From an uncultured Pseudomonadales bacterium (GTDB taxonomy: Bacteria; Patescibacteriota; Microgenomatia; UBA1400; PJMF01), in assembly GCA_964449995.1 (NCBI GenBank), contig CAYVBW010000001.1, positions 1,618 through 65,617 on the forward strand: a stretch of 64,000 nucleotides of DNA, given 5' to 3'. Shown one piece after another: positions 9,767 to 19,778 of the stretch (positions are counted from its first letter, which is position 1; each line of letters opens with the position of its first letter). The position numbers and the translations under genes are program-made. The notes beneath the pieces are model-generated. The model saw only the letters and a program-made list of their open reading frames with translations. It did not search any database and had not been told where the DNA came from.

Positions 9767-9915
9767 AATTATTAATAGTCTCCTTTCATAGAGTTGGGAA
9801 AGTATATCATAATAACTATTTAGTATCTAGTATTTAACAGGCCTTCTTTGATATATTGAGTAAGACAAGTAATTACTTAGGTTGAAAAAAAACTACAAAC
9901 ATATCAAAAAATTAT

Positions 9916-11175
9916 ATGAATTTAAAATCATTATCAAAATTAAATATTAAAAACAAAACTGTTTTGGTGCGCACCGACTATAATGTCCCGCTTAAAAAAA
10001 GAGGTACCAAATATGAAGTGAGTGAAGCCAAAAGAATCATTGATTCACTGCCTGTGCTTAATTTCTTAATCAAAAATCAAGCCAAAATTATATTAATGTC
10101 ACATTTAGGAAGGCCCAAGGGAGAGCCAGATCCAAAGCTAAGTCTTGAACCTGTCGCGAAATATCTAAAAAACAAACATAGTTTTTCTGTAAAGTTTGTA
10201 GGTGAAACAATCGGCGAAAAGGCCACCCAAGCAGCCCAAGAACTTCAACCAGGAGAAATTCTGGTTTTAGAGAACCTGCGTTTCCAACCTGAAGAAAAGA
10301 AAAATGACAAAAATTTTGCTAAAAAACTAGCCTCTTTGGCTGACATTTACATCAACGAGGCTTTTTCTACCTGCCATCGTGCCCATGCTTCTATCGAGGC
10401 CATCACCCACTATCTACCCTCATATGCTGGACCACATCTTAAAAATGAGGTAGATAACTTGTCGCGAATCATGGAAGATCCTAAGCATCCATTTGTAATG
10501 GTAATTGGGGGAGCTAAAATCTCAACCAAAATTGAGGCTGTACAAAACCTGCACCCCATTGCTGAAATTGTGCTGGTAGGTGGCGGAGTGGCCAATAATT
10601 TTTTAAAAGCCGAAGGTATTGAAACCCATAAATCTATTTTAGAAGAAGATATTGAGGTTAAGGGTAAGACCATCACCTATTTAGATCTAGCTAGACAAAT
10701 TGTAGAAGAAAATAAAACAGAGAGAATTTTAAAAGATGATTACATCCCTTTGCCAAAAATCCTAACCCCAATTGATGTGGTGGCAGCCAGAAGTAAAGAT
10801 AGCACAAAAACACAAGTGATTGACCTCTCATCGGGCATGGCCGACACCCCCAATGATAAAGACCTCCAATATCTAGACATTGGACCACGCACCATCAAAC
10901 TGTTTACAGACTTACTGCTCAGGGCTAAAACTATTTACTGGAGCGGTCCTTTAGGAGTTTTTGAACAAAAACCTTTCCAGCAAGGAACTCGTGAGATAGC
11001 ACGGGCTATTGCTAAATCCAGCGCAGAAACTTTTATCGGCGGAGGAGATACTATCGCTGCGGTTAATCAATTTGGTTTTGCTGATAGATTTGATTATGTC
11101 TCCAGCGCCGGCGGAGCTGCTCTAGAATTCTTAGCAGGAAAAAAACTGCCAGGGCTGGAAGCTTTAAAAAGCTAA
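9916..11175 (+). CDS. pgk: Phosphoglycerate kinase
   Basis: VRTDYNVP, SHLGRP, LENLRF, HRAHAS, GGAKIS, IGGGDT, SAGGAALEF. Confidence 0.97.
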   Translation: MNLKSLSKLNIKNKTVLVRTDYNVPLKKRGTKYEVSEAKRIIDSLPVLNFLIKNQAKIILMSHLGRPKGEPDPKLSLEPVAKYLKNKHSFSVKFVGETIGEKATQAAQELQPGEILVLENLRFQPEEKKNDKNFAKKLASLADIYINEAFSTCHRAHASIEAITHYLPSYAGPHLKNEVDNLSRIMEDPKHPFVMVIGGAKISTKIEAVQNLHPIAEIVLVGGGVANNFLKAEGIETHKSILEEDIEVKGKTITYLDLARQIVEENKTERILKDDYIPLPKILTPIDVVAARSKDSTKTQVIDLSSGMADTPNDKDLQYLDIGPRTIKLFTDLLLRAKTIYWSGPLGVFEQKPFQQGTREIARAIAKSSAETFIGGGDTIAAVNQFGFADRFDYVSSAGGAALEFLAGKKLPGLEALKS

Positions 11176-11391
11176 ATTTATCAACAATCAACCTATATAT
11201 TAATGTATAGACTAATATATATTAATGAAGCTATCAGATATATAAAAGTTGCAATAGATTTCTGATAAGTGTAATATAAAAATATTGATTAGCCTGTCTA
11301 TGATTGATCGTTCCAGAACTACCAAACTGAGTAAATTTTTTATAAAAACCATAACCACCTGGTAATATGATAGCATGTATTTAAATTAAAA

Positions 11392-12627
11392 ATGTTTTAT
11401 AAAAATCTTATTAAATCTGCCTTAGTTATTTTTCTTTTTTGTTTCTCACTCTTGGGATTATTATTTACTATTAAAGGTGAAGAGTCTTTAGTGATTAGGG
11501 CCAATACCTGCCCACCTTCTTCCTGCGGTGCCGATGGATATTTATGTGCAGGAGATTGCGATTGTAACTGGGATGTGATGAGAGGAGTCAGATGGCACTA
11601 TAAATGTGAAAACGGAAACGTTGTTGCTTACAATGAATTTGACAGTAGTTGTGATAGCGCTTGCGGCGATCAATCAACTCCGGCACCAGGAGATTGTACT
11701 CCAAGAAAAACTTATTCAGGAGCAACTACCCCTGGATACGACTGTGCTGAAGGTTCAAATGCTAGTGTAACAGTGACTGCTTGTATCCCAGAAGGCTGCC
11801 CTACTAACGGAGCCTCTGTAACTTATGGTCTTGCCATTGCCCACTGCGCTGGAGAAGGTTGGGCCAACTGTGGCGGAGCTTGCGGAGAAGCAGAGCAACC
11901 AAGAACATTAAATATTCCTTCAGGTCAAAGATGTGCAAGTGCAACCCATAGCTGTAGCCCTCCCGATGCCTGTGGAACATGTCAGGTTGACATTGACGGC
12001 TATGGAGTCCGCAGGTGGCAAGATAGCGGATGTGCGGTTCCCCCTACTAGCACTCCTAAACCACCAGAGCCCACAGCAACACCTATACCAACAGAACCAA
12101 CAGACGTTCCACCCCCTGCGCCTCAATGCAATAGTATTAGTATGTATGTTGACAACCAACAATTAGCTCCTAATCAGCTAGGCTCAATTGAACCAGGAGA
12201 AGTAGTAAGATTTAAGTGTGGTGCCAATAATTTTATGCCAACTACAGATTACTATGAATTTAAAATTTTTGACGGTCAAGATCCCAATCCATGGAAAACA
12301 ATAACTGCTGAATCAAATGATCCTGAATTTTCGCAAGAATATCAACTCTCTGAAAATCTTTTTGGCAACTATCTTGCCCAATGCAGAGTTTGCAGAGAAG
12401 GTCAATGCCAAGAATGGGAAGTCTTGCCTAGTGATGTAAGCCCTCCAAAAACAATTAAAGCAACTCCAACCCCAACCTTACCACCAGGTGATATAAATCT
12501 CTGTGCACCCCCTGAATGTGGGGTTAGAGAATTTGAATGTATTGCTACTGAAACCCTAGAATGCCTAAGAGATAGTGAGGGAGAATGCTCGTGGCAATGT
12601 GTCCCAATTGGCTATGAAACAATGTAA
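11392..12627 (+). CDS. Cysteine-rich secreted/surface protein with Pro/Thr linkers
   Basis: N-terminal hydrophobic segment, about 30 Cys in three clusters separated by PTP-rich linkers. Confidence 0.85.
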   Translation: MFYKNLIKSALVIFLFCFSLLGLLFTIKGEESLVIRANTCPPSSCGADGYLCAGDCDCNWDVMRGVRWHYKCENGNVVAYNEFDSSCDSACGDQSTPAPGDCTPRKTYSGATTPGYDCAEGSNASVTVTACIPEGCPTNGASVTYGLAIAHCAGEGWANCGGACGEAEQPRTLNIPSGQRCASATHSCSPPDACGTCQVDIDGYGVRRWQDSGCAVPPTSTPKPPEPTATPIPTEPTDVPPPAPQCNSISMYVDNQQLAPNQLGSIEPGEVVRFKCGANNFMPTTDYYEFKIFDGQDPNPWKTITAESNDPEFSQEYQLSENLFGNYLAQCRVCREGQCQEWEVLPSDVSPPKTIKATPTPTLPPGDINLCAPPECGVREFECIATETLECLRDSEGECSWQCVPIGYETM

Positions 12628-12629
12628 TT

Positions 12630-13757
12630 ATGAATATTGATCCAAACTCAAAAAACCAGCCGAAGAGTACACCGCCCAATACAGAGGCTAATAAGGGTCA
12701 GGCTCAGCCAACTGCTAATCCTGCTAATCCCGCTAATCAGCCAGCCCACTTAACTCAGTCGAATAAAGATTTTACTTTTGATGCTTTTGCTGGCGAACAA
12801 GCTTCTGAGAAATCTCAAGCTCCTCAAGCAACCAGTCAAACCACTACTGGTGGTCAAAACCAAGTTAGTTCTAAAAACGAAACTCAACCCGAGCCATCAA
12901 CTCAATCAACTCAACAGCCTGCTCCAATTCAAGAACCGCCTCTTAAACTGCCTCCCAATCAGAAAAGTCTTAAAGGAGCTGGTTCTGCTTTCAATTTAAA
13001 ACCCAAAGAAGCCAAGCCAGACACTTCTAGTGAGAGTTCGGATACACCCCCAATAAAAACTTTCAAAAAACGAACTAGCAAGAAAAAAAAGAATTTATTG
13101 ATTATTTTAGCGTTTATTATCCTATTAATTGCTGGAGGAGGTCTATTTTATTTCATTAGGATCATGCCTGAGGTAGAGGTGCCAACAGTACCAGTCTCAC
13201 TACCAGAAGCTGTTGATGATCTACCTTGTACCTTGATGTTTACCGTATTGGAGCCCACACCAGAACCAACTGTTACTCCAGACCCCACCGTGACTCCAGA
13301 CCCTACTGTAACGCCAGATCCCACTGTCACCCCAGACCCAACTATTACACCAACAACCACTGCTACCCCAAGCGCTACTCCTACTGTAACTACAACCGCA
13401 ACACCTAGCGCTACCGCTACTCCAACAACAGTTATTGAACCAACACAGCCACCCTATTCAACTCCTCTGCCAACACAACCAGGAGAACCTCAAGTATATG
13501 TGGTTGACACTAAGGCGGAATGTAACGAAGCCTGTGCCACCAATGCTGACTGCAAGAATATCAGTCACATCTGTTACAACGGAGTTTGTCGCCTAGATAT
13601 TAATCCTGAAGACGAACAGTGCCGTACTCCAGAAGGTGAAACTTTTGTGGAAAGAGTTGTAGAAACCCCAGTGGCTGGACCCGCTGACTGGCTCAACTAC
13701 CTAAGAATTGGTATTAGTGTAATTGGAGCAGGATTATTGCTACTCCTCTTCTTATAA
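12630..13757 (+). CDS. Membrane protein: disordered N-terminus, TM, Pro/Thr stalk, Cys-rich module, C-terminal TPVAG plus TM
   Basis: KKKKN-LLIILAFIILLIAGG TM; PTVTPD repeats; CNEAC..C..C..C..C; ETPVAG then hydrophobic tail. Confidence 0.85.
   Translation: MNIDPNSKNQPKSTPPNTEANKGQAQPTANPANPANQPAHLTQSNKDFTFDAFAGEQASEKSQAPQATSQTTTGGQNQVSSKNETQPEPSTQSTQQPAPIQEPPLKLPPNQKSLKGAGSAFNLKPKEAKPDTSSESSDTPPIKTFKKRTSKKKKNLLIILAFIILLIAGGGLFYFIRIMPEVEVPTVPVSLPEAVDDLPCTLMFTVLEPTPEPTVTPDPTVTPDPTVTPDPTVTPDPTITPTTTATPSATPTVTTTATPSATATPTTVIEPTQPPYSTPLPTQPGEPQVYVVDTKAECNEACATNADCKNISHICYNGVCRLDINPEDEQCRTPEGETFVERVVETPVAGPADWLNYLRIGISVIGAGLLLLLFL
13262..13352 (+). repeat. 18-bp coding tandem repeat (PDPTVT, about 5 units)
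   Basis: CCAGAYCCNACNGTNACN-like units with synonymous variation. Confidence 0.85.
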
Positions 13758-13864
13758 GCAAAAACATCTTCTTTGAATTTTTTTGGATTGAGCTTAATAA
13801 ATTTTCCACTTAAGCATATTCTAAAACCACTTGGTTGAATGATATAATAATCACTCACAATACC

Positions 13865-13938
13865 GCGCGCGTAGCTCAATTGGTTAGAGCACCAAGCTTA
13901 TACCTTGGCGGTTCTTGGTTCGAGTCCAAGCGCGCGCA
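13865..13938 (+). tRNA. tRNA-Ile(UAU), CCA not encoded
   Basis: GCGCGCG/CGCGCGC acceptor, D arm GCTC/GAGC, anticodon arm CCAAG-CTTATAC-CTTGG, T arm CTTGG-TTCGAGT-CCAAG, discriminator A; TGATATAAT upstream. Confidence 0.92.
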
Positions 13939-13980
13939 CTATCTATATAATAAAAGAATACTATTGTTATTAAAAAACGT

Positions 13981-15054
13981 ATGATCAATCAGATTTTTAA
14001 CTTCATTAAAACCCGCTACAAAATTATCATCGCAGCTGTTGTCATAATAATTTTTGCTGTTTTCTTCATTTCTCGCAGCCAGCCCTCTCAACCAGATCAA
14101 AACTTTGAACATCCCCAATACCGAGATATAACCAAAACCCTAGAGGTATCTGGCAGAGTTGATGCCAAACACCGTGCTAGATTAAGATTTTTAGCTGGAG
14201 GTGAAGTTGTGTATTTAGGCTTTCAAGAAGGAGACTGGATTAATAAGTGGCAAACCATAGCCACCATAGACCAGCGCGATCTACAGAAACGTCTTGAAAG
14301 AAGCTTAAATCTTTATATGCAGCAACGCTGGGACTGGGAGGATCTTCAAGATGAAATTAAAGATGAGGCTCTGAACACTTCAGAACTTCGCTATGTTGAT
14401 AAACAACAATGGACCCTGGATAACACAGTCATTGATGTTGAAATTCAAGACATAGCTATTTCTCAAAGTGTAATGTCAGCTCCTTTTTCAGGAATTTTGG
14501 TGCATCAACCAATCAACACCCCCCATGTTCAAGTGACTGGTAATGATTATTTCGAGATTGTGAACCCTCAGTCTTTAGTTTTTAAAGCAGAGATTAATGA
14601 GGGTGATATTGCTCTAATTACTCTTAATCAGCCAGCTAGAATAATCTTGGATGCCTTTCTTGATGAAGAAATCTCTACTAAGGTTAATTATATTTCCTAT
14701 GTTAGTACTCAATCAGTGGGAGATAACGTCTTTATAGTTGAATTTCCCCTAGCAGAAGAAGGTTTGATGGACAATTCCCTATCTAATCAAAATTTGGGTC
14801 AAAACTTACTCAATAAATATAGATTAGGGATGAGTGGAGATGCGCTTATTGAGCTGGAAACAAAAACCAATGTTTTAACTATTCCTCTAATCGCTACCAA
14901 ATATAGAGACGGCAAGGTTTATGTAGATATCAAAACTAATGATGATCAAATTGAGGAAAGAAGAATAGAAGTAGGACTAGAAACTGACGAGTATGCTGAG
15001 GTAATTTCTGGCTTGAGCGAAACAGATTTGGTATTAATCCCAAGTGCTTTCTAA
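13981..15054 (+). CDS. Efflux membrane fusion (MacA-like adaptor) protein
   Basis: N-terminal TM, SGRV, lipoyl-like motifs, APFSG, C-terminal EVGLE..EVISGL. Confidence 0.85.
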   Translation: MINQIFNFIKTRYKIIIAAVVIIIFAVFFISRSQPSQPDQNFEHPQYRDITKTLEVSGRVDAKHRARLRFLAGGEVVYLGFQEGDWINKWQTIATIDQRDLQKRLERSLNLYMQQRWDWEDLQDEIKDEALNTSELRYVDKQQWTLDNTVIDVEIQDIAISQSVMSAPFSGILVHQPINTPHVQVTGNDYFEIVNPQSLVFKAEINEGDIALITLNQPARIILDAFLDEEISTKVNYISYVSTQSVGDNVFIVEFPLAEEGLMDNSLSNQNLGQNLLNKYRLGMSGDALIELETKTNVLTIPLIATKYRDGKVYVDIKTNDDQIEERRIEVGLETDEYAEVISGLSETDLVLIPSAF

Positions 15055-15063
15055 ATTCTTTGC

Positions 15064-15795
15064 ATGAAAAAAAAGGCTGATAAGTCTCAAACACAACCAA
15101 TCTTAGAGCTGATAAATGTCTGTAAAGACTATCAACTAGGAACCCAAACCATAAAAGCTTTGGACAATATTAACTTCAGCATCCAAGAAGGACAGTTTAC
15201 ATCAATTATTGGTCCATCTGGCTCAGGAAAGTCTACTTTTCTTCAGGTAGCAAGTATTTTGGCAGAACCCTCCAAGGGGGAAATTAAACTCAAAGGTAAA
15301 GACGTGACTCAATACAATGAGGTAGAGCGAGCTCGTCTGCGCAATAAAGAAATTGGGTTTGTTTTTCAACAGTTCAATTTGTTAGCTCGCACCAGTGCAC
15401 TTGATAACGTAGCTCTTCCACTAGTATATGCTGGCGTTGATTTAATTCAAAGACATCAAGAGGCTGAAAAAATTTTAACAAAATTTGGTCTAGGTGATCG
15501 TTTAAAAAATAAACCCAACGAACTTTCTGGAGGCCAACAGCAAAGAGTAGCCATTGCTAGAGCCTTAATTAATAATCCCAGTATTCTGTTTGTAGATGAG
15601 CCAACCGGAAACCTAGACTCCAAAAGCGGCCAAGAGGTAGAAAACATCTTAAAACAACTTCATCAAGAAGGAAGGACGATTATTTTAGTTACTCATGAAC
15701 CCAAGTTAGCTAAAATAGCTCAAAAAATCATTAGTTTAGAGGACGGGAAAATAATCGGAAAGCACACTCCTCCATACAAAGATCTAAAAAACTAA
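15064..15795 (+). CDS. ABC transporter ATP-binding protein (MacB/LolD family)
   Basis: GPSGSGKST, GFVFQQFNL, LSGGQQQRVAIARAL, DEPTGNLD. Confidence 0.95.
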   Translation: MKKKADKSQTQPILELINVCKDYQLGTQTIKALDNINFSIQEGQFTSIIGPSGSGKSTFLQVASILAEPSKGEIKLKGKDVTQYNEVERARLRNKEIGFVFQQFNLLARTSALDNVALPLVYAGVDLIQRHQEAEKILTKFGLGDRLKNKPNELSGGQQQRVAIARALINNPSILFVDEPTGNLDSKSGQEVENILKQLHQEGRTIILVTHEPKLAKIAQKIISLEDGKIIGKHTPPYKDLKN

Positions 15796-15797
15796 AC

Positions 15798-17015
15798 ATG
15801 AACTTATTAGATACCACCAAAATTGCCATCAAGGCTATTTTCACCAATAAGGTAAGAAGCTGCCTAACTATGTTGGGAGTAATTATTGGCGTGAGTTCTG
15901 TGGTGATGTTAATCTCATTGGGAAAAGGCCTTGAGGCATTTGTCGTGCAAAGTTTTGAGGATTTAGGAGCTAACAATATTTTTATTTCTCCTGGCAATCT
16001 TTTTGATGAAGAGGGTGGCTTTGGCTCAATGCAAGATATGGCGGTAGGAGCCATAACTATTAGCTTTACAAAAACAGATGTCCGTCAACTACAAAGACTA
16101 CGCCAATATGTTGAAAAAGTGGCTTATTGGAATGCGCAAGGTGATACTTTAAGGTTTTTGTCTAACTCCGAACAAGGGATGGTTATTGGTACCAATGCTA
16201 ATTACAACCAGGTATTAATAACTAATTTAGAAAAAGGCAGGTGGTTTACTCATTCAGAAAATGAAAGTGGAGAAAGGGTGGTGGTTTTGGGATATAAAAT
16301 TGCTCAAGACCTTTTTGGAGAAGTTGATCCCATCAGAAAAAAAATTCGTATCGGCACAGTAACCTTTAATGTAGTGGGTGTGGCAGAAGAAAAAGGCGGA
16401 GCCGGTTTTGGAGGCCCGTCGTTGGACGACTACACCTACATTCCCTTTGAAACCTATTCCAGAATTTACGACACCAGCCGTGTTATTGAAATGGGCATCA
16501 GGGCTAATCCTGAAGTTGAAATCGACAATGCAATCCAAGCTATTGAGGAAAATATGTTACAAAGATACAAAGATGATGAGTTTAGTGTTTACGATCAAGG
16601 TGAAATATTAAGCGTAATTCAGGATATTTTGGGCATGATTACCATAGCTTTAGGTGGAATTGCTGCCATTTCGCTACTCGTGGGAGGAATAGGAATTATG
16701 AATATTATGCTGGTATCTGTAACTGAAAGGACCAAAGAAATTGGTTTGCGCAAAGCGCTAGGAGCTACACCCAATCAAATTCTTATCCAATTTCTCATTG
16801 AAGCTGCTTTTTTATCAATTTTAGGTGGGCTAATTGGTTTGGGTATAGCTTTTGGCGGATCACTAGCAATACAAAATGTCTTTCCAGCAAAAATTACCAC
16901 GGAAGCGGTTTTGTTAGCCTTTGGAGTATCTACCGCTGTTGGTCTAATTTTTGGAGCTGCTCCTGCCAGAAAAGCATCTAGACTCTCCCCAATCGAGGCA
17001 CTGAGATATGAATAG
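15798..17015 (+). CDS. ABC transporter permease (MacB/FtsX family)
   Basis: LTMLGVIIGV, GGIGIMNIMLVSVTERTKEIGLRKALGA, PIEALRYE. Confidence 0.95.
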   Translation: MNLLDTTKIAIKAIFTNKVRSCLTMLGVIIGVSSVVMLISLGKGLEAFVVQSFEDLGANNIFISPGNLFDEEGGFGSMQDMAVGAITISFTKTDVRQLQRLRQYVEKVAYWNAQGDTLRFLSNSEQGMVIGTNANYNQVLITNLEKGRWFTHSENESGERVVVLGYKIAQDLFGEVDPIRKKIRIGTVTFNVVGVAEEKGGAGFGGPSLDDYTYIPFETYSRIYDTSRVIEMGIRANPEVEIDNAIQAIEENMLQRYKDDEFSVYDQGEILSVIQDILGMITIALGGIAAISLLVGGIGIMNIMLVSVTERTKEIGLRKALGATPNQILIQFLIEAAFLSILGGLIGLGIAFGGSLAIQNVFPAKITTEAVLLAFGVSTAVGLIFGAAPARKASRLSPIEALRYE

Positions 17016-17047
17016 TGTGAATAGTTAGAGTTTGCTATACTAAGTTT

Positions 17048-17380
17048 ATGAAATTAATTGGGAAAATTTTAATCACTGCTGGAATCATTCTTGCAATTTT
17101 ATACGCAATTTATTTTGCCGGTACTCAAGGTTGGTTAAAAAACACCCCGCTTAAAAATCTTGACTATGAACAATTAAACTTTTTTAGTCAAGAAAGTGCT
17201 GAGCAAACCAAAGTTTTAACCGAAAGAGCCAAGGAAACTGGAGAACATGTTCAGCATATACTAGGCGACAAAGTAGAAGTTGATGAAGAAAGAAAAGAGA
17301 AAGCACTTCATGAAAAAACTATTGAATATGCTCGATATTTATACTGTAAACAAGTAGTAACAGATTGGGAAAAAGAATAG
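17048..17380 (+). CDS. Hypothetical membrane-anchored protein
   Basis: N-terminal TM; TGCTATACT 6 nt before ATG. Confidence 0.75.
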   Translation: MKLIGKILITAGIILAILYAIYFAGTQGWLKNTPLKNLDYEQLNFFSQESAEQTKVLTERAKETGEHVQHILGDKVEVDEERKEKALHEKTIEYARYLYCKQVVTDWEKE

Positions 17381-17410
17381 TTTAATTGAAATTTGGCCAA
17401 AATTGTCTCG

Positions 17411-17971
17411 CTACTCTTTGCAACAATCTAAAGCTTTTTGAACTAACTCACTCATCTTTTCAAAAATACTAACAGAACCTTTAACTTTTGGCTTTTTGTC
17501 TTCGCTGACAAACTCAATATCTTTTTTATCTTTAGTTTCTGCTTTTACGTCCTTTACCTTGACCGCTCCCAAATTCAAACCCCAAAACAAACTATACAAC
17601 TGATAAGATTTTTTAAATAAATCCTCAGCATCCTTATTGTCTCCCTTGGTTAAAGATTTAGTACCCACTTCCATTAGACGCATAGAGGCGGCTAATAAAT
17701 GTTTGCTAATACACCAAACCTCACCCTCATAATCTTTAATGATACGCTTGAGCAAATCTTTGCGCATCTCCCTAACCTCACTTAATAAGTCTAAATACTT
17801 TTTGTCCTGAGTTTTGCCGTAAGTAAAGAAAAAATGCTCTTCCATTGAAATTAAGTTCATAATTCCAATTGAAAGATCTTCCCCTGAAGACAAATCCAGC
17901 TGATGACCTTTCTCCATTTTTTTAACTTTATCTAAAAATTGTTGAATATCATCTTGTTTAACTTTTGGCAT
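17411..17971 (-). CDS. Hypothetical helical protein with WC and C-terminal CC motifs
   Basis: EEHFFF, VWCISKHL, LDCCKE; last gene of ArsR-led operon. Confidence 0.8.
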   Translation of the reverse strand: MPKVKQDDIQQFLDKVKKMEKGHQLDLSSGEDLSIGIMNLISMEEHFFFTYGKTQDKKYLDLLSEVREMRKDLLKRIIKDYEGEVWCISKHLLAASMRLMEVGTKSLTKGDNKDAEDLFKKSYQLYSLFWGLNLGAVKVKDVKAETKDKKDIEFVSEDKKPKVKGSVSIFEKMSELVQKALDCCKE

Positions 17972-18017
17972 ATTGTTTAAAGCTTAATTTATAAATTAAC
18001 AAATAAATGATAGATAA

Positions 18018-18533
18018 TTAGGTAATTAAATGAAAAATAAAACTCACTATAGATAAAAACAGCATTGGTAAAATTACTTTTTGATAATAAAGATAAACTT
18101 GATTGCCATTGACTAACCGCAGACGCTTATCAACTACGACACTAGCAGCAAAAACTCCAGTGCCAATGACTATTCCTAAGATGATCTTGTCAATTCCCCA
18201 TAAGGTATTGAGAGGATTACCAGCTATACCCAATAAATACAGGGTGGGAATTAGTAAAAAATAAAACAAAGATCCAGCCAACCACTCTTTTTTGGGTAAA
18301 TCCCATTCTTTTTGGCTTACCCAGCCTGCCAGCCACAAACCGCTTGATAAAGCCAAAGCACCAATCCACAAACCGGCGATACTATCATCAATGCCTAGCC
18401 AGCGTGAAATACCCAAACCAGCTCCAACTGCGACAGTACAGACAGGACAAACAGCCTGAACCTGTGCTGGAATCGCTACTAAATAACCCAAAATCAGTAC
18501 AATGATGAATTTAATCTTCAATAAAGTTTTCAT
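18018..18533 (-). CDS. Membrane protein with CPVC motif
   Basis: Signal/TM followed by VCPVCTVAVG and 4-5 TM helices. Confidence 0.8.
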   Translation of the reverse strand: MKTLLKIKFIIVLILGYLVAIPAQVQAVCPVCTVAVGAGLGISRWLGIDDSIAGLWIGALALSSGLWLAGWVSQKEWDLPKKEWLAGSLFYFLLIPTLYLLGIAGNPLNTLWGIDKIILGIVIGTGVFAASVVVDKRLRLVNGNQVYLYYQKVILPMLFLSIVSFIFHLIT

Positions 18534-19059
18534 CTTGAATTTTTAACTCATTATCAGTTTCCATCTCATTAGAACTCTCTGTGTCAAGCTCTTCTCTTGC
18601 TCCATTTTCCTGACTTTGTTCCACTGACAGCTGCAGCTGTAAATACTCAATAATGTCTATTTTACCAATAAAACACTCCCCATGAGCATACATGAATGGT
18701 ACTCCCACTCTCCTGGAATCGATACCGCAATCTATTGCAGCCTGAGTTAACTGATCAGCATACTGCTGATTTTGAGAAACTTCTTTAATTTGTAAGTCAA
18801 GCATCTCATCCGCCTTATTTTCCTCAACCCATTCTTCTACATCTTTGCAAAAAGAACAGGCCAAAGAAGAAAAAATAACAATAGTCTCTTCTCCAACATC
18901 AAAATTAGACTCTGTTGTTGAGTTTGATAGCACGGATTTATCACCGGTATTATTGTTGGCCTCATTTTCCTGAAAGGCGCCGCCGGTTATTACAATTGCC
19001 CCCATTAAAATAATAATAGTTAAGAGTGAAATGAGCGTAAGAATTTTTTTGTTTTGCAT
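18511..19059 (-). CDS. Membrane-anchored glutaredoxin/thioredoxin-fold protein
   Basis: CSFC active site, cis-Pro motif GVPF, CFIG; N-terminal TM. Confidence 0.8.
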   Translation of the reverse strand: MQNKKILTLISLLTIIILMGAIVITGGAFQENEANNNTGDKSVLSNSTTESNFDVGEETIVIFSSLACSFCKDVEEWVEENKADEMLDLQIKEVSQNQQYADQLTQAAIDCGIDSRRVGVPFMYAHGECFIGKIDIIEYLQLQLSVEQSQENGAREELDTESSNEMETDNELKIQDENFIED

Positions 19060-19078
19060 ATTTTTAGTAAAATCATAT

Positions 19079-19096
19079 TATGAACAAGCGTTCATA
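19079..19096. promoter_or_regulatory. ArsR/SmtB-type operator
   Basis: Perfect inverted repeat TATGAAC-AAGC-GTTCATA with TGAA-N6-TTCA core. Confidence 0.75.
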
Positions 19097-19108
19097 TATT
19101 TTCAAGAG

Positions 19109-19774
19109 TTAATTAATAAATTCTAACGGCAATTCATGCTCAATCTCAGAATAAAAATACAGAAACGGTGTTCTAAAATTGATTACTTTTTTATCTCCAT
19201 CCATGGGAACAATTAATTGCAAACTGCCCTCATAATCTTCCCAAGAGATTAAAGCGACTTCCAGTGAACTGAAGTTTTGAATTATGCCTGTGTCAAAACT
19301 TTGAACAAACTGAACCTCTGTTTCTTCTGGAAGCAATTCTCTGGCAATCTTAACATCAACATCTGTGTACACCGTCATTGCCCGCAGCGATGAATAGGGA
19401 ACCTCTTGATAAACTAAGCCAACCAAAGTATAACCTTCTTGCAATTGTCTTTCCAGAATTCCCCCAGGCAACTCATCTTGAGCAGCCCTTCGTCCAATCA
19501 AAACTGCATCAACTTCTTGAACCCACAAAGCTTGTAGTGCAAAAGCAGAATTTGGATAAAGAGAAAAAGAAAACCTCTCATTTTCAAATTGAGATAAATA
19601 TCTTTGCATCGTAGGACAATAGCCAATCCTTATTAACGAAATTTCGCCTGCAATTTCTGGATTTGCTTGAGTATGTCCAGATAGTTTTTGTTGATTTTTT
19701 GCACTCATTTGACTCAAAATAAAACCCAAGCCTATAAAAAATAACAAAAAAATATAAATAGATTGTTTTTTCAT
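19109..19774 (-). CDS. Membrane-anchored hypothetical protein, possible periplasmic-binding-like fold (start revised)
   Basis: N-terminal TM, RIGYCPTM, VDAVLIGR. Confidence 0.7.
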   Translation of the reverse strand: MKKQSIYIFLLFFIGLGFILSQMSAKNQQKLSGHTQANPEIAGEISLIRIGYCPTMQRYLSQFENERFSFSLYPNSAFALQALWVQEVDAVLIGRRAAQDELPGGILERQLQEGYTLVGLVYQEVPYSSLRAMTVYTDVDVKIARELLPEETEVQFVQSFDTGIIQNFSSLEVALISWEDYEGSLQLIVPMDGDKKVINFRTPFLYFYSEIEHELPLEFIN

Positions 19775-19778
19775 CTTT

